Source of the DNA: Chrysochromulina tobinii
Lineage: Eukaryota
Direction of reading: 5' to 3'
DNA: 32,243 nt
Assembly: GCA_001275005.1 (NCBI GenBank)
Contig: JWZX01001282.1
Location: 1 to 32,243, forward strand
This document shows positions 9,557 through 20,800 of this stretch, in pieces (position 1 is the first letter of the stretch; each line of letters opens with the position of its first letter). The notes beneath the pieces are model-generated. The model had not been told where the DNA came from. It ran no database searches and saw only the letters and a list, made by a program, of their open reading frames with translations. A program made the position numbers and the translations under genes.

Positions 9557-10792
9557 ATGTACTGCGTCGTGAGCGCAGAGAATGGTCCATCAGCCAGCGC
9601 CGTGGGTGCAGAATGCGACATCTCAGCCAGCGGTGTGGGTGGCTTCGCGTCTGCCGGCGCGCCGAAAGTCACGAAGCGCGGCCGCAAGTCTGGCAGCAAA
9701 GTTCCTTGTGCTCCGTGGTCAGTCGAAGATGATATGCGGCTCAAGATGATCGTGGAGGCGTGGGACTCATCGGCAGGACCTAAACGACTTTTGTGGGCAG
9801 ACGCTGTTCAGCAGCTTGGCTCGCATCGGACGGTAGCGAGCGTGGAGCAGCACTGGTACTACATGGAGCGACAGCAGCGTGCAAAAGCGACGTCCCCAGC
9901 GACATGTGGTGCGAACAAGATGAGCTCACGCGTGCCTGCCGCGGCAGCGGAGGCCAGGGCCAAGGCTCCAACGGCAGTGGAGGCCGCCTCGGCCGCTCCA
10001 GTCGCGAAGCGCAAGAAGCATCCACGAAACTCGAGTGGAGAGAAGCTGTCCTTTGCAGGGCACTGTGCTCCAAACGGCTCAGAGAAACTCCAAACGGCGG
10101 GTATGGAGGCGATCGTGGGCGTGGCTCGCAACACAAGGACTGGGCCGTGGGGGTTTGCGGTCATGTGCCCAGGCTGCCGCACGATGGAGTTTCTGGAGCG
10201 TGGCCTTGTCCGGTCGGCCGCTCCACCATCGGAACGTGCGCGCGACGGGAACGGCCAGTCGTACAGGTGAGTCCCACTGAGTACCACCTACTAAGTGCCC
10301 CTCTCAGCTCCACCGTCTGACGGGAATGGCTTGTCGTACAGGTTCCCCCCCTGCCACCAGACGGACGCGGACGGTTTGGGCATGAGCGTCATCAGCTGTC
10401 GCTCCTGCGGACCGTTTCTCGTGCGACACCACCAGTACTTGTTCTGGGACGAGAACGAGGAGTGTACGGCTGTCGAGTGTGAGTGTGACGGTTGTGTCGA
10501 GCACGACAAGATCGGCCTGCCTGAGGAGGGTGCAGACGAGATGAGGTGGCTGGCCAAGTGCGACAGGGAGGGTCGCTGCTTCGAGTGCGGCGAGGCACAC
10601 CAAGGCCGCGCAGAGCCGTATTGGATCCCGCACCCCCAAGACGAGGACGAGTGCATCCGAGACGTGCTGTTCTGCTACCGCTGCTACGACGGCGTTCGCG
10701 ATGATCGTCGCCGCGGCCTGGGCATGTCGCATGGCTCGGACCGCGATGGTAGGAGGGACTCAGACGAAAGTGGGGGCGACTACTGGGACTAA
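9557..10792 (+). CDS. Myb/SANT-like domain protein with Cys-rich C-terminus; two exons (9557-10266, 10342-10792)
   Basis: PWSVEDDMRLKMIVE...WADAVQQLGSHRTVASVEQHW is a Myb/SANT pattern. CAG|GTGAGT donor at 10267 and TACAG| acceptor at 10341 join ORFs 9338-10270 and 10295-10792 in frame. Multiple CxxC in exon 2. Start codon uncertain. Confidence 0.65.
10267..10341 (+). other. Predicted 75-nt GT-AG spliceosomal intron
   Basis: GTGAGT donor, CTGAC branch-like motif at 10317-10321, CAG acceptor. Splicing removes the in-frame TGA (10268) and TAA (10292). Confidence 0.7.
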
Positions 10793-11395
10793 GCCCGATT
10801 GACTGGCATTGCCTCGCCGACAGCATGCGGCCAGCCGCACAGTAGTGCGGCGGATATTCACATTCACAGTAGTGCGGCGGATCGGACAGGCCGGTGCGAT
10901 GGCACATGACGCCGGCGGTCGGCTTCGGGCTTGGAACCTGCGGGGTTACTGTACGAGGGCGGCTGCCTGGGCAACCGCGTGGGGGGGAAAGAGAAGGGAT
11001 CCACCGGTCGCCAGCGGCGAAGTAAGGGTCAGAAGGCTGGATGCAGGCTACCGGTACCTTGCAGCGGCCCATGCAGCGGCCTTGGCGTCGATGAGCGTGT
11101 GAAGCGCACGCTAGCGAGACACCGGAACAGGTCGGTGTAGGTGAAGGAAGCCTTCGTACCGTAAAAATAACAACTACCAACTCAACGCCGGAACACTAGG
11201 GCCGCGTTGGGAACCTATACACTCGAGGACCGCGCTCAGACGCTTGGCGGCGGCGCGCTGTGCGTGCGCGGGTGGCGGCGGCGGTGAGAGGGCGCACCAG
11301 GAGGTCAGATATGATTCACAGTGACATTCACAGCTCGTATGCGACTGCCTTTCCGGGCGAAAAAGGTGTTCGTGACGGTCGCACGGTCCCAAGTC

Positions 11396-13384
11396 ATGTC
11401 CAAGTCGCTGGCCTCGCTCTTGCACGAGTACTGCGTAATGCGCCCTGGCTGGAGCGTGAGCTACGTCGACGTGAACCCGAGCGGACACTCAAGCGACCTC
11501 GAATCCCTGCTCGTAGAGCCTGTTCAACAACAGCCGACCCATCCATTGTACAAGACGCGGCTGTGCACGCATATAGGTCCATGCCCACGTGGTGATCGCT
11601 GCCCATTTGCGCATGGGCCGAGCGAGTTACGCGCGCCGAGAACGGCTCTTTCAGCACCAAGCTATCAGTTCGCAGTTGCTCTGCAACGGCCAGATCAACA
11701 CACGCTTGAGTTCTGCAACCTCGATGGACATCCACAAAAGTCAGAAGCCAAAGCGGACTGTGCCGCTCAGTGCATCCGTGCCCTCGGTCTTAAAGTCGCA
11801 GGGAACAAACTCGTGGACGATGACTCCTGGGTCACCGCAGGCACGCGGTCAGAGTCACCGCCGCTCTTCAGCAGTGCTTCGCTGCAGCACCACCCCACGC
11901 AGGATGGTGGCGCGAGGCCACCGATTCCTGCATGGAGGAAGCGCCAGCTTATTGAGTTGGTGGGCCGGTTGAACAAAAGTGAGACCGTGCGTGAGGCGGC
12001 AAGGGACGGATATGACCGATGGATAGCATGCATTGGTGGCATGTTTGGCTCTTCTGAGCCAAGGCTGGCACAGGCCCTGCGATTACATTACGGAAGCTTC
12101 AAGGAGTTTGTCAGCGTGCACGCCGGTCAGATCCCGCATCCAAGGCCTCCGGCACCGGTCGCATCACAGGACCACTCGGTGAGCACAGGTATCGTGAATG
12201 CCGGTGCTGCCGCTATCACCGATTTTGGTGCAACACGCGTTGCCATGCCTGCGGAATCGACCGCCGCGGGAAACTCGGGCATCGACCAGTTCGTCACGCT
12301 GCTATGCGCGTGGATCCGGACCAGGGGCGAGCAGCGCGTGACTGCCGCGCAGCTCGGCGATTTCTACGCCGCGCACCCTTCGGTAGACCGCTCTGTGCTC
12401 CCGGCGAACAAGAAGCTCGAGTATCTTTGCGGCCACGCTGAGGCACGCGGGCGCCTCTGGTTTCAGAATGACCCTAACGTCTCCGGCGGCGGATGGCTCG
12501 AGGCCGCACCGATTGAGAGTACCGACGATCCTTTGATCGTTTGGCTGACGTCAAATAGGAATTTGCACTTACCCGGAGAAGAGTTGCAACCTATGCAACA
12601 GCCACACCCAGCGGTCCTCGACCTTGTTCAAGCAGCCGGACCAGGCGGCATTGAAGTGGTCACGCTCGTTGGACAGCTCGAGCTGGGCCTGCGCCTTCGC
12701 AAGACAATCAAGACGTTCCGCTTAGTCGTATACCTCAAGGCGTGTCCTGCTGTTTTTCACGTGTCCGAGACAGCTGGAGTTGCAGGCATCATCCATAGGG
12801 TCCATGCACTGCATCTGGTGAGACCGAGCTCCTCAGCTGCATGGCAGCATGCGTCGCGGTTCACGCGAACTGACTCTGACGTGGCAAGCAGTCTTGACGC
12901 TATCTACGAGTTTCTTGACAGCCAAGGCATCAACCTGCAGACGATTGAACTCATGACGCCCAACGAGCTCGTCGGACTTGGCCTCGCACCCGACGATGCT
13001 CGACGTGTACTCTCTGAAGCCAGGCATGGTGGCGTGGAGGAGTACGATGGTGACGTCTACGCAGATCTCGAGGCGGCAGAATCTGCAGAGATTGCCGAGC
13101 TTCGAGGGCAAAACGCCTCTCTGCAACAGCGCGTGAAAGAGTTAATGCAACGCTGCTCGGATTTGCAGCTGCGCGTGAGCGTCCTTGAAGAGGCCCGGAT
13201 GTGCTGCATCTGCATGGAACGCAAGCGCGACATTGTGCTCATGCCGTGCATGCATGCCATGTTCTGCAGCACGTGTCTGCGTGGATCCGCGCGAGTGACA
13301 ATCTGCCCAACCTGCCGAGGCCCGATTGCTGGGCTGATCGAGTGTCGCTTTGACATGATCGATGAAGAACAGCAACAGGTCTAG
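11396..13384 (+). CDS. RNA-binding RING E3 ligase: dsRBD-like with CCCH finger, OST-HTH/LOTUS-like repeats, SAM-like, coiled coil, C3HC4 RING
   Basis: YKTRLC...C.....CPFAHG..ELR (CCCH); C-terminal CCICMERKRDIVLMPCMHAMFCSTC...CPTCR (IAP/Mib-type RING); FLDSQGINLQTIELMTPNELVGLGL (SAM-like). ATG 11396 MSKSLASLLHEYC. Confidence 0.88.
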   Translation: MSKSLASLLHEYCVMRPGWSVSYVDVNPSGHSSDLESLLVEPVQQQPTHPLYKTRLCTHIGPCPRGDRCPFAHGPSELRAPRTALSAPSYQFAVALQRPDQHTLEFCNLDGHPQKSEAKADCAAQCIRALGLKVAGNKLVDDDSWVTAGTRSESPPLFSSASLQHHPTQDGGARPPIPAWRKRQLIELVGRLNKSETVREAARDGYDRWIACIGGMFGSSEPRLAQALRLHYGSFKEFVSVHAGQIPHPRPPAPVASQDHSVSTGIVNAGAAAITDFGATRVAMPAESTAAGNSGIDQFVTLLCAWIRTRGEQRVTAAQLGDFYAAHPSVDRSVLPANKKLEYLCGHAEARGRLWFQNDPNVSGGGWLEAAPIESTDDPLIVWLTSNRNLHLPGEELQPMQQPHPAVLDLVQAAGPGGIEVVTLVGQLELGLRLRKTIKTFRLVVYLKACPAVFHVSETAGVAGIIHRVHALHLVRPSSSAAWQHASRFTRTDSDVASSLDAIYEFLDSQGINLQTIELMTPNELVGLGLAPDDARRVLSEARHGGVEEYDGDVYADLEAAESAEIAELRGQNASLQQRVKELMQRCSDLQLRVSVLEEARMCCICMERKRDIVLMPCMHAMFCSTCLRGSARVTICPTCRGPIAGLIECRFDMIDEEQQQV

Positions 13385-13629
13385 GAACAAAAGCCTTCAG
13401 AATTTTAGGCGCGTCGCGCCGTCCGGTCGGCGCGTCACGACTCGGCACTCGCGTGACGCTCGTGTACAGGTCTGTGTAGCGTTGAGCTCTAGTGGCCTCT
13501 CTACTCATAGCATATAGTTTGAAATTTGCGCGTAGCCGAGGGCAATAAGAAATTCGGTCACATCACACATGTGTCACAAAAACTGAAGGAGAGCAGAAAA
13601 GACAAAGCCGTTGGAGGAGATGATCATCT

Positions 13630-14439
13630 TCATTGCCGAGGGCCCGTACCCTCCCACCACGAGCGCCCTGGAAGCGCCGCGCTGAACTCACCGACTCGCT
13701 TGAGCGAGATGACTCGCCCGGCTTGATTAGTGACCACGTGGCCCCCGAGCTCGGTGCGCGTGAAGAGCTCGTCAGGAGCGTCGGTGGCGCCTACGGGAAC
13801 GACTGTTCCGACCTGCTCCATCGAACCAATAGCAGCCATCTTCTGTGCAATGCGCTCCGCTAGAGCAGCAACGAGTGCCTCCCGTCTCGCGATCACTGCA
13901 GCTCCCTCGTGCTTTAGGCGGGCAGTCTTTTCCTCGACCATCCTCGCCTCGGACTCAGCCGCAGAGCTGCGCTGTGCGATCGCTGTGTTCGAAATCGCGT
14001 ATTGCGCGAGTGCGGTGTCAATACTGAGCATATACTCTTCCTCAATATACTTGGAGAGCTTTGCGCGGCGCGCAGAGCGACGCGCTGCGCCTTCTTCCAT
14101 TGGCTCGGATGTGAGCGCAGTTGTAGCGATTGGATTGTTGCCTTGCACGGCAACAGGAGGGAAGGCGGTGCCTTCTGAAGTACTAGCGGTGTGAACTGGA
14201 TTGGCTGTGGCAGAGAGCCGTTCGACGAGCTCGCTCTTCTTGCCTGAAACCGGCAAACCCGCTGCCCGCAGTCTGACCTTGAGCTGCGCGACTGTGAACA
14301 TGGACAGGTCCTCTCCAGGACCACCAGCATTCATGTGAGTGGCCACGCCACGGTGTACTAGTATGCAGTCGGCCCGTATTGCATTTGCAAATGCCGCTGC
14401 CGCGGCCGAGAAGCAGCCAACCAGCAAAAACAGCCGCAT
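13630..14439 (-). CDS. SAP-domain protein with signal peptide (probable complex-plastid targeting)
   Basis: LSMFTVAQLKVRLRAAGLPVSGKKSELVERL is a SAP motif (~14215-14310). N-terminus MRLFLLVGCFSAAAAA|F resembles the ASAF-type bipartite leader. Confidence 0.85.
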   Translation of the reverse strand: MRLFLLVGCFSAAAAAFANAIRADCILVHRGVATHMNAGGPGEDLSMFTVAQLKVRLRAAGLPVSGKKSELVERLSATANPVHTASTSEGTAFPPVAVQGNNPIATTALTSEPMEEGAARRSARRAKLSKYIEEEYMLSIDTALAQYAISNTAIAQRSSAAESEARMVEEKTARLKHEGAAVIARREALVAALAERIAQKMAAIGSMEQVGTVVPVGATDAPDELFTRTELGGHVVTNQAGRVISLKRVGEFSAALPGRSWWEGTGPRQ

Positions 14440-14655
14440 CTACGTCCGAAATCTTCGTCGCGAACCTTCGGCGTTCCTGCCATGAACCACCGTGTGAACG
14501 GTGTCGATTGATCCCAACGGGAGATACACGTGGCAGATTGTGTACTATACTCGGCACCCCTGCACCTCGGGGGGAGTCGCTCGAAGCGCAATGTCGCGCA
14601 AGGTGTCGAGCTCTCCGTTGAGAGTAACGTAACTCCACGGTCTCCGCGCCTTAAT

Positions 14656-14690
14656 AATTCACACACATCACACACACACACACATCTTAA

Positions 14691-14722
<32 letters not shown>

Positions 14723-14725
14723 ATT
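14656..14725. repeat. (CA)n-(CT)n-(TG)n microsatellite cluster forming an inverted repeat
   Basis: AATTCACACACA...TGTGTGTGAATT arms around a CT run. Confidence 0.85.
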
Positions 14726-14883
14726 TAAAACAGGACCACACAGTGTACTACAGCGGCGCTCATGCGGGCGCGTCCCCGGGGGCGCGCTTACATGACTACT
14801 GGCAACAGGCCAGCAAGCGGGGCGCCGTTAAGGAGGTGAGATTTCCTGGATTGTGTGTGTGTCTCTCTCTCAGGGACTCTCTC

Positions 14884-17800
14884 TCAGTCGAGGAGGACCT
14901 TGACCGCAGCTTTCCTCTCGATCCCGCTCCCGGCCGCGCGCTCATCCGCGACCTCGACGAGGAGCGCCTTCGTGGCCTCGTCCAGTGAATTGAAGCGCAC
15001 ATCGACGAAGACGAAGGCTGCGTTGGTGCGCAACGCCTCGGCGACAGCCTTGCCGCCCTTGAGCCCGATGATGTTGCCGCCAATATCGAGCGCCGTAAGC
15101 GTGGCGCTGCCGCCAAAGGCGTCTCCGATGGCCTTGCCCCCCTGCGGCCCGATGCCATTGTAGCTCACGTTGAGCTCGCGCAGCGAGCGGCTCGCGCTTG
15201 CTGCCTGCGCGACGAGGCTGATGCCTTCAATGGAGGCGGCTCGCACTCCGTTGATGTAACTTACCCCAAGACAGTTCTGGCTCAGGTCAAGGGTAGTGAG
15301 CGAGCTGTTGGCCACCAGCGCGTCCGCTAAGGCGCCAATGCCCATGGGAGAGTATTCGCCTTCAAAGCGCCCATTGTCGAACCAGACGCCGCACAAATGG
15401 TTGGACGCAAGGTTGAGCTTGAGCAGCGACGTGCTCGCCCTGAGACCCTCGGCGAGCGGCAGCGCCTCGTGTGGCACGAGCGTGTTGTGCGCGAGTGCGA
15501 CTGTGGCGCACCCCAGCAGCAGCTGCGAGATCGCGAGCAGGCTCGTCGGCCGATCTCCTGCGATCTTGCTGTTCAGATCCAGCAGCTGGGCGCTCTCGCC
15601 CACGGCCATGAGTAACCCTCGCCCAAAGGCCTCGCCCATTTCCATGCCGAGTAGAAGCGTGTTGCGCCACCATGCGTCCCAACGCCACGGCGCGGCAGCG
15701 CTCGCGGGCAGCCGGCGGCCGAGGCAGATGGCGCACGCAGTGTAGTACTCTTGGAAGGAGAGGTGTGACGATTGCATCTGGAGCGGCTCGAGCTGAAGCA
15801 GCTTGAGCAGAGGCAGCCTGTCCTGCGTCACGCGCACGCGCATCGCACGGAGCGCTTCGAGCGTCACGGGTGGAAGCTGCTCGCACGCCGCACGTACCGC
15901 CGACCGCCGCTGCTGCCGCTGCCTTGCCTCAAAAGCACGTCCTGACTGCTCGTCGAGGCCCGACGAGCGGAAGTCGCTCTCGCGCAGCTCCTCACTGCTC
16001 GTGCCGTCGACGAAGCGCACACGGAACGGGCGGGCGCTCACGACGCCACGCTTGCCCACGCACGGGCCGGCGAGCACCTCGACGTAATGGCCCTGCTCGG
16101 CGCGTCCCTCAAACGGAGCCATGTCCGCTCGGATGGCATGGAGCACGTTGGGCCTCACCAGCCCGAGTGCCGCCTCATCTAGGACTGTTTCGTCAATGAT
16201 GCGCCGCTGCATTGCATGCGCCTCGAAGAAGGTCGCTTGGAGGAGCGCGCCGAGCTGAGCGAGGGCGGCCTCGTTGCCGGTCTCGGAGGCAGAGCTCTGC
16301 AACTCATCCACCTGCTCGGCGCAGGACGCCGCGGCGGCCGCGGTTGTGGTGCTGCCATCAATGACGCCAAGATCACGAGCGCTGACACCGCTGACGCCGC
16401 TCATCGTGGCCACATGGCAATCGCGTGTGACGATCAGTCCCTCGCGCTCAAGCACAGAACGAGTCGCAAGGTCATACAAGGCGACCGTGGTGGGCATCGC
16501 ATCGATCAGCTCGGCGGCCTCGGCACCTCCGTCCGCTCTGACGTTGCCGCCGCCGACGCGCTTGGCCATCCCATCGCGCTTGGCCTGGGAGAACGGTTGG
16601 CGCGATTGGAAGATGGTGAGGACCACCGAGAGCATCCACGGATTTCCGGAGACTCGCTGGCCAGTCTCGAGATCGACCGGCACCTTGTCCCTTAGGTATC
16701 GTTCCAGAACCGCGCTGCCGGCGGCCGCACCGGCGCTGGATGGAGCACCGCCTGCCACGCCGCCACTGCCCGCCACGCCGCCCACAGCTAGCTTGCCACC
16801 CACGCGCCGTTGAATGACCTCGAGCTGCTGTGAGTCAGAGAGCGGGGCGAGGCGCAGCCGCACAAAGTGCTCCGCGAAGAGGTCCCCCCGAAGCCCCGCC
16901 GGGCGCGACGTCACCACCATCGTGTGGCCCTGTGGAGCGAGAACGTCGACGATGTGGCGTTCGATGGCGGCGCGCGCCGTGCCACCCTCGTCGAGCCCAT
17001 CGATGAGCAGAAGCGCACGCCTCGCGAGCATCGCCTGGCGCAAGAATCGATAGATGTCGGTACCCGCGCCGTACTCGCTCTGCAAGAACGCATCGACCCA
17101 ATTCCACGAATGCGCAAAGAGTGTCCGGCTGCGCGGCTGGCTCAGCTTCGCTTCGAGCTCGTGCGAGCGCACGAGGATGGGCACGAGAGCGCACTGCTCG
17201 TCACGGATCATCCCTGTCACCAGCTGCGAGAGTAGGCACGTCTTACCCTCATACGGGCCCGCCGTGAGCAGCACGCACGCTGGTCGGCGCGAGTTGGCCG
17301 CGCGGCATCGCGTCGCGTGGGCCGCTTGGAGCCACGCAGCAAGGCTCGTGACATCCACAACGCTCTCGACCTCATCACTATAGTCACTGGGAACTCCCCG
17401 CACGCCGGAGGCGGTGGCAGCGTGCAGGAGGCCCCACAACCCACGTTTCCCCGCCTGCTCCGATGCCCCCGCTGTTGCCTGGGCGGCTGAAGCCCACGAG
17501 CCTGCTTCGGGTGCAGCAGAAGAGGAGGAGGCGGGCGCGGTAGTGGAGGCGGTCGTGGCGGCTGCTGCCCGCTGTCGATCCCTAAACAAGGTAGTCCCCG
17601 CTTCTTCCATGACGATCTCAATGGGCACGCACTGCTCAAGCACATCGAGTCGACGGCCAGAGAGACCATCGACGAGGGTTGCATGCTGCACGCGCATCGT
17701 GCGCGCGTGACGGGCGCGCACGTGGTCGAACCTGATGGTAGGCAGGTCGAGCGGCCCGTGGTTCCATGGATTGAGCACGAGCGACAGCTCGTGCCCGTCC

Positions 17801-20800
17801 GCTGTACGGACGACGTGTTCCCCCATCGGGCGACTCGCCTCTGGAGCAGCCATCACGGTTGCGTCGACCCACGTGTCACCGGGCCCCGCTACGATATCAG
17901 GGCAGCCTGCGTTGGTGCGGGGGGGCGCGGCGACATGGCGTTCGCCCTTTTTTGCCGCCGCCGTCGTCGCCTTGACGTCGGCTCCCGCCTCGCTCGCCTT
18001 CAACGTGCTGACCCCACCCGCCCGCCCATCGATGCGCACCATGAGACGCTGCCCAGCCGCATAGGCTCTCACGCCCGCTGCGCCTGTCTGTCGAAGCCGC
18101 TGCCACGCCCACGCCTCCACCACTCTCTCGAGCTCGCGTCGGTCGACGGTCACTGCCACGATGAGCGCCGCGTGGATCACTCCGATGGACGCGGCCATGT
18201 GCGCCGCCGCCGCGTGCGCGAGCGCCCTCTCCTTCGCTGCAGTCGCCTTAGCGGCTGCCTGCTCGGCGCTGGTGGCGACTTCACATATCGCGTGCGCCAT
18301 CTGGACCGTCTGCTCGACCGCCATCTGCGCGGCACTCACCTTTTCGCGCGCCGCCTGCGCCGCCTTGGCCGCCTCGTCCGCCTTCATTGCAGCCATGTTG
18401 AACCCACCGCCGCGCTTGGGCGCGCCGGCACCCAGCTTGGCGCCCATCTCGGCCGCCTTGGTGACAGCAGCTGTGAGCTCAAGCGCCTTGGCCTCGGCCA
18501 CATCGCGCTCGTTCCGTGCGGCGACCGCCTTCTCCTCGTCCGCCGCTGCCTGCTTCTCGGCAACCTTGGCCGAGGCTCTCCGCTGCTCCGCACGCTCGAT
18601 GGCCGCCACCTCCTCCTCCTTGGCCGCCGTCGCCATCCCCTCTGCAAGATTCGCCTGTGTGAGAGCGTCGGCCGCGTCGGCCTTGGCCTTTCTGATGCGC
18701 TCAATGAGGGATACGATCGGCAAGCGGAGCGGCTCCGACGCGTTCTGCAGCCTCGTGAGCTCGCGGCAGATCGCATCCGATGTCTCGCGAATCTTGGCAT
18801 GCGTCCCTGGGCCCGTCCACCCGCCGCTCTCGCCGCCGCTCTTGCCCCCGCTCTTGCCGCCCCTTCGACCATCGCTTCGCTCATCGTCATCATCGTCGCT
18901 CTCGTCGTTACCACCCTTGATCATACGCTTGGGCGTGCGTTGCATGCCACCGCCGCCCTTTGCCTCGTCCGCGATCGCGCCGTCGGCAGGTGGGATCATC
19001 GTCACCAAGCTGACGAGCTCTTGCAGCACGCCGTAACTTATGCGCATGTCTGCAAGCACCGCCTCGATGGCATCGGCCGGCGGCACGTGCCAGGGCAAGA
19101 CTGCATGGCTCAATCCATCAAGTGTCAACCTATGCTCGACGCTCGTGTCGCCAAAAAGTGGCCGGGCCGTCTGCGGCTTTGTCAGCGCGGGATGGGCCTC
19201 CGGAAGCGCCATGGATGGCTGTGCCGACGGGTCCGAGGCACGGATGCCGCCACCTCTGATGAGCTGGGGGTCGAGTGACACGCTGCCGCCGCCCTCCTCC
19301 TGCTCGCCCACGTGCGCTACCACGGAGCAGAGTTTCGTCGAGCCTTCGGAGCCCGCAAGCCGCGACTCTGGGTCGTCGAGCATGGCGACCCTCTGCCCTG
19401 CGGCCAAGCGCACCTCTTGCCGTCGCACCGTGCCGAGCTCGGGCGGGATTGTGGGCGGCGTGGGCAGGGCTGTGTGCAGCATCTGTGCGATGGAGCGCGC
19501 CATGTGCCACGCGAGGCGCTTCTGCCACTTGCCGAGTGTGGGCAGCAGTAGCCGACGCAGCGCACCACCCAGCATCGGGAAGAGCAGGTTGGCAATGTGG
19601 AGGTCGCTCGGGTTGCATGTAGCGGAGGACTCGCAGTGGGTACCAGGGGGAGGCTCCGGGAGGGAAGAGCCACGAGCGAGCTCCGCCGCGAGCGCCTCTG
19701 CCTGCGAGCTCTTGGCCGTCAGCTCGGTGGCGAGGGAGAGCACCGTGATGCAGAGCTTGAAGCAGTGCTGAGCGTGCGCTGTCCACTCGGCAGGGGGTGA
19801 GCGATGGCCGAGCTTCCAGAGCTGAGGCGTTGTGCTGCTGGTGCCGCCCGTTGTGTTCACCGGCCCGTTGCTGCCGCATGCATTTGCCATCCGCCGTCGA
19901 GCAGCTGCAGGGGATGCATCGACTTGCATGCCCCCATGCTCCGCGCGGACATGAGCGCTCTTGTCCTCCGTGCTTGGCTGTTTGCTCTCCTCGGCTGTGG
20001 CAGGGCTGTCAGCAAGCAGGGCGTCCACAACGGCAGTGGCCTCTTGCAAGCGTCTCAGGCTGCCTTTCTCGTCTGCGATCCTCGGCAAGATTCCCCACAG
20101 CTCATCATCGTTCGCACAGCCGGCGTGCAGGGCGCCGATGCTCTCGCACTCTCGGAGGTGCACGCGCAAGCGCACGGCCGCCGCCTCACTCAGCTGGAAC
20201 TGCTCGCAGAGCTCGTGCGCCGAGGCGCCGCGGAGCTCGGAGAGCTCGAGAGGCACCGGTTGCCACTCGAGCAGCATCTCGCACACGAGCGAGGCCGCAT
20301 CGAGCAGCGGGCTCGTCGCGGGCAGATCTGCAGCGCTGAAGTCGAGGAGCCATACCATGCCGCGCACGTCGGCGAGGATGGCCGAGGAGCACAAGCTGCC
20401 GTGCTGCAGCACCTCGAGCGGCCGCCAGCCGTGAAGCCAGGAGGAGGAGGGTGGCAAGCGCGAGCCCGTAGTGTCGTGGGCACTCCTGTTGCTATCCGTG
20501 CGAGGGGAAAGCTTCTCCCCGCGCGCTTGGGTGGAGATTCCGCTATCGCCGCTGCCGACGCCGACGCCGATGGTGCATGGGCGCTGGCGCGGAGTGGCGT
20601 TGGCGGCCCGCAGGTTGCGGGGGGAGAGCAACTGTCGTAGGCTAGAGGATCTCGGAGAGGGCGACGGTGAGGAGCGGGAGCGAGGAGAGCGTCTTGGAAG
20701 GGAAGGTGAGGATCGTCCAAAAAGGGAAGGCCGTGGTGAGGATTCAAAAGATCCCCTCACCACGGCCTCACTGCTGATTGGAGGGGGCACCGGCAGCGTG

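Noticed and set aside
9338..9744. Long antisense overlap between ORFs 8110-9744 (-) and 9338-10270 (+)
   Set aside because: Downstream ATGs (9354 and 9557) give non-overlapping divergent genes; the open extensions are expected in GC-rich DNA.
10268..10270. In-frame TGA as selenocysteine or readthrough joining two same-frame ORFs
   Set aside because: A second in-frame stop (TAA 10292) follows, and a canonical intron explains the join.
13432..13493. Hairpin GCGTCACG/CGTGACGC followed by CTAG-T as a Helitron end
   Set aside because: The hairpin is about 30 nt from the CTAG and the 8-bp stem is unremarkable at this GC content.
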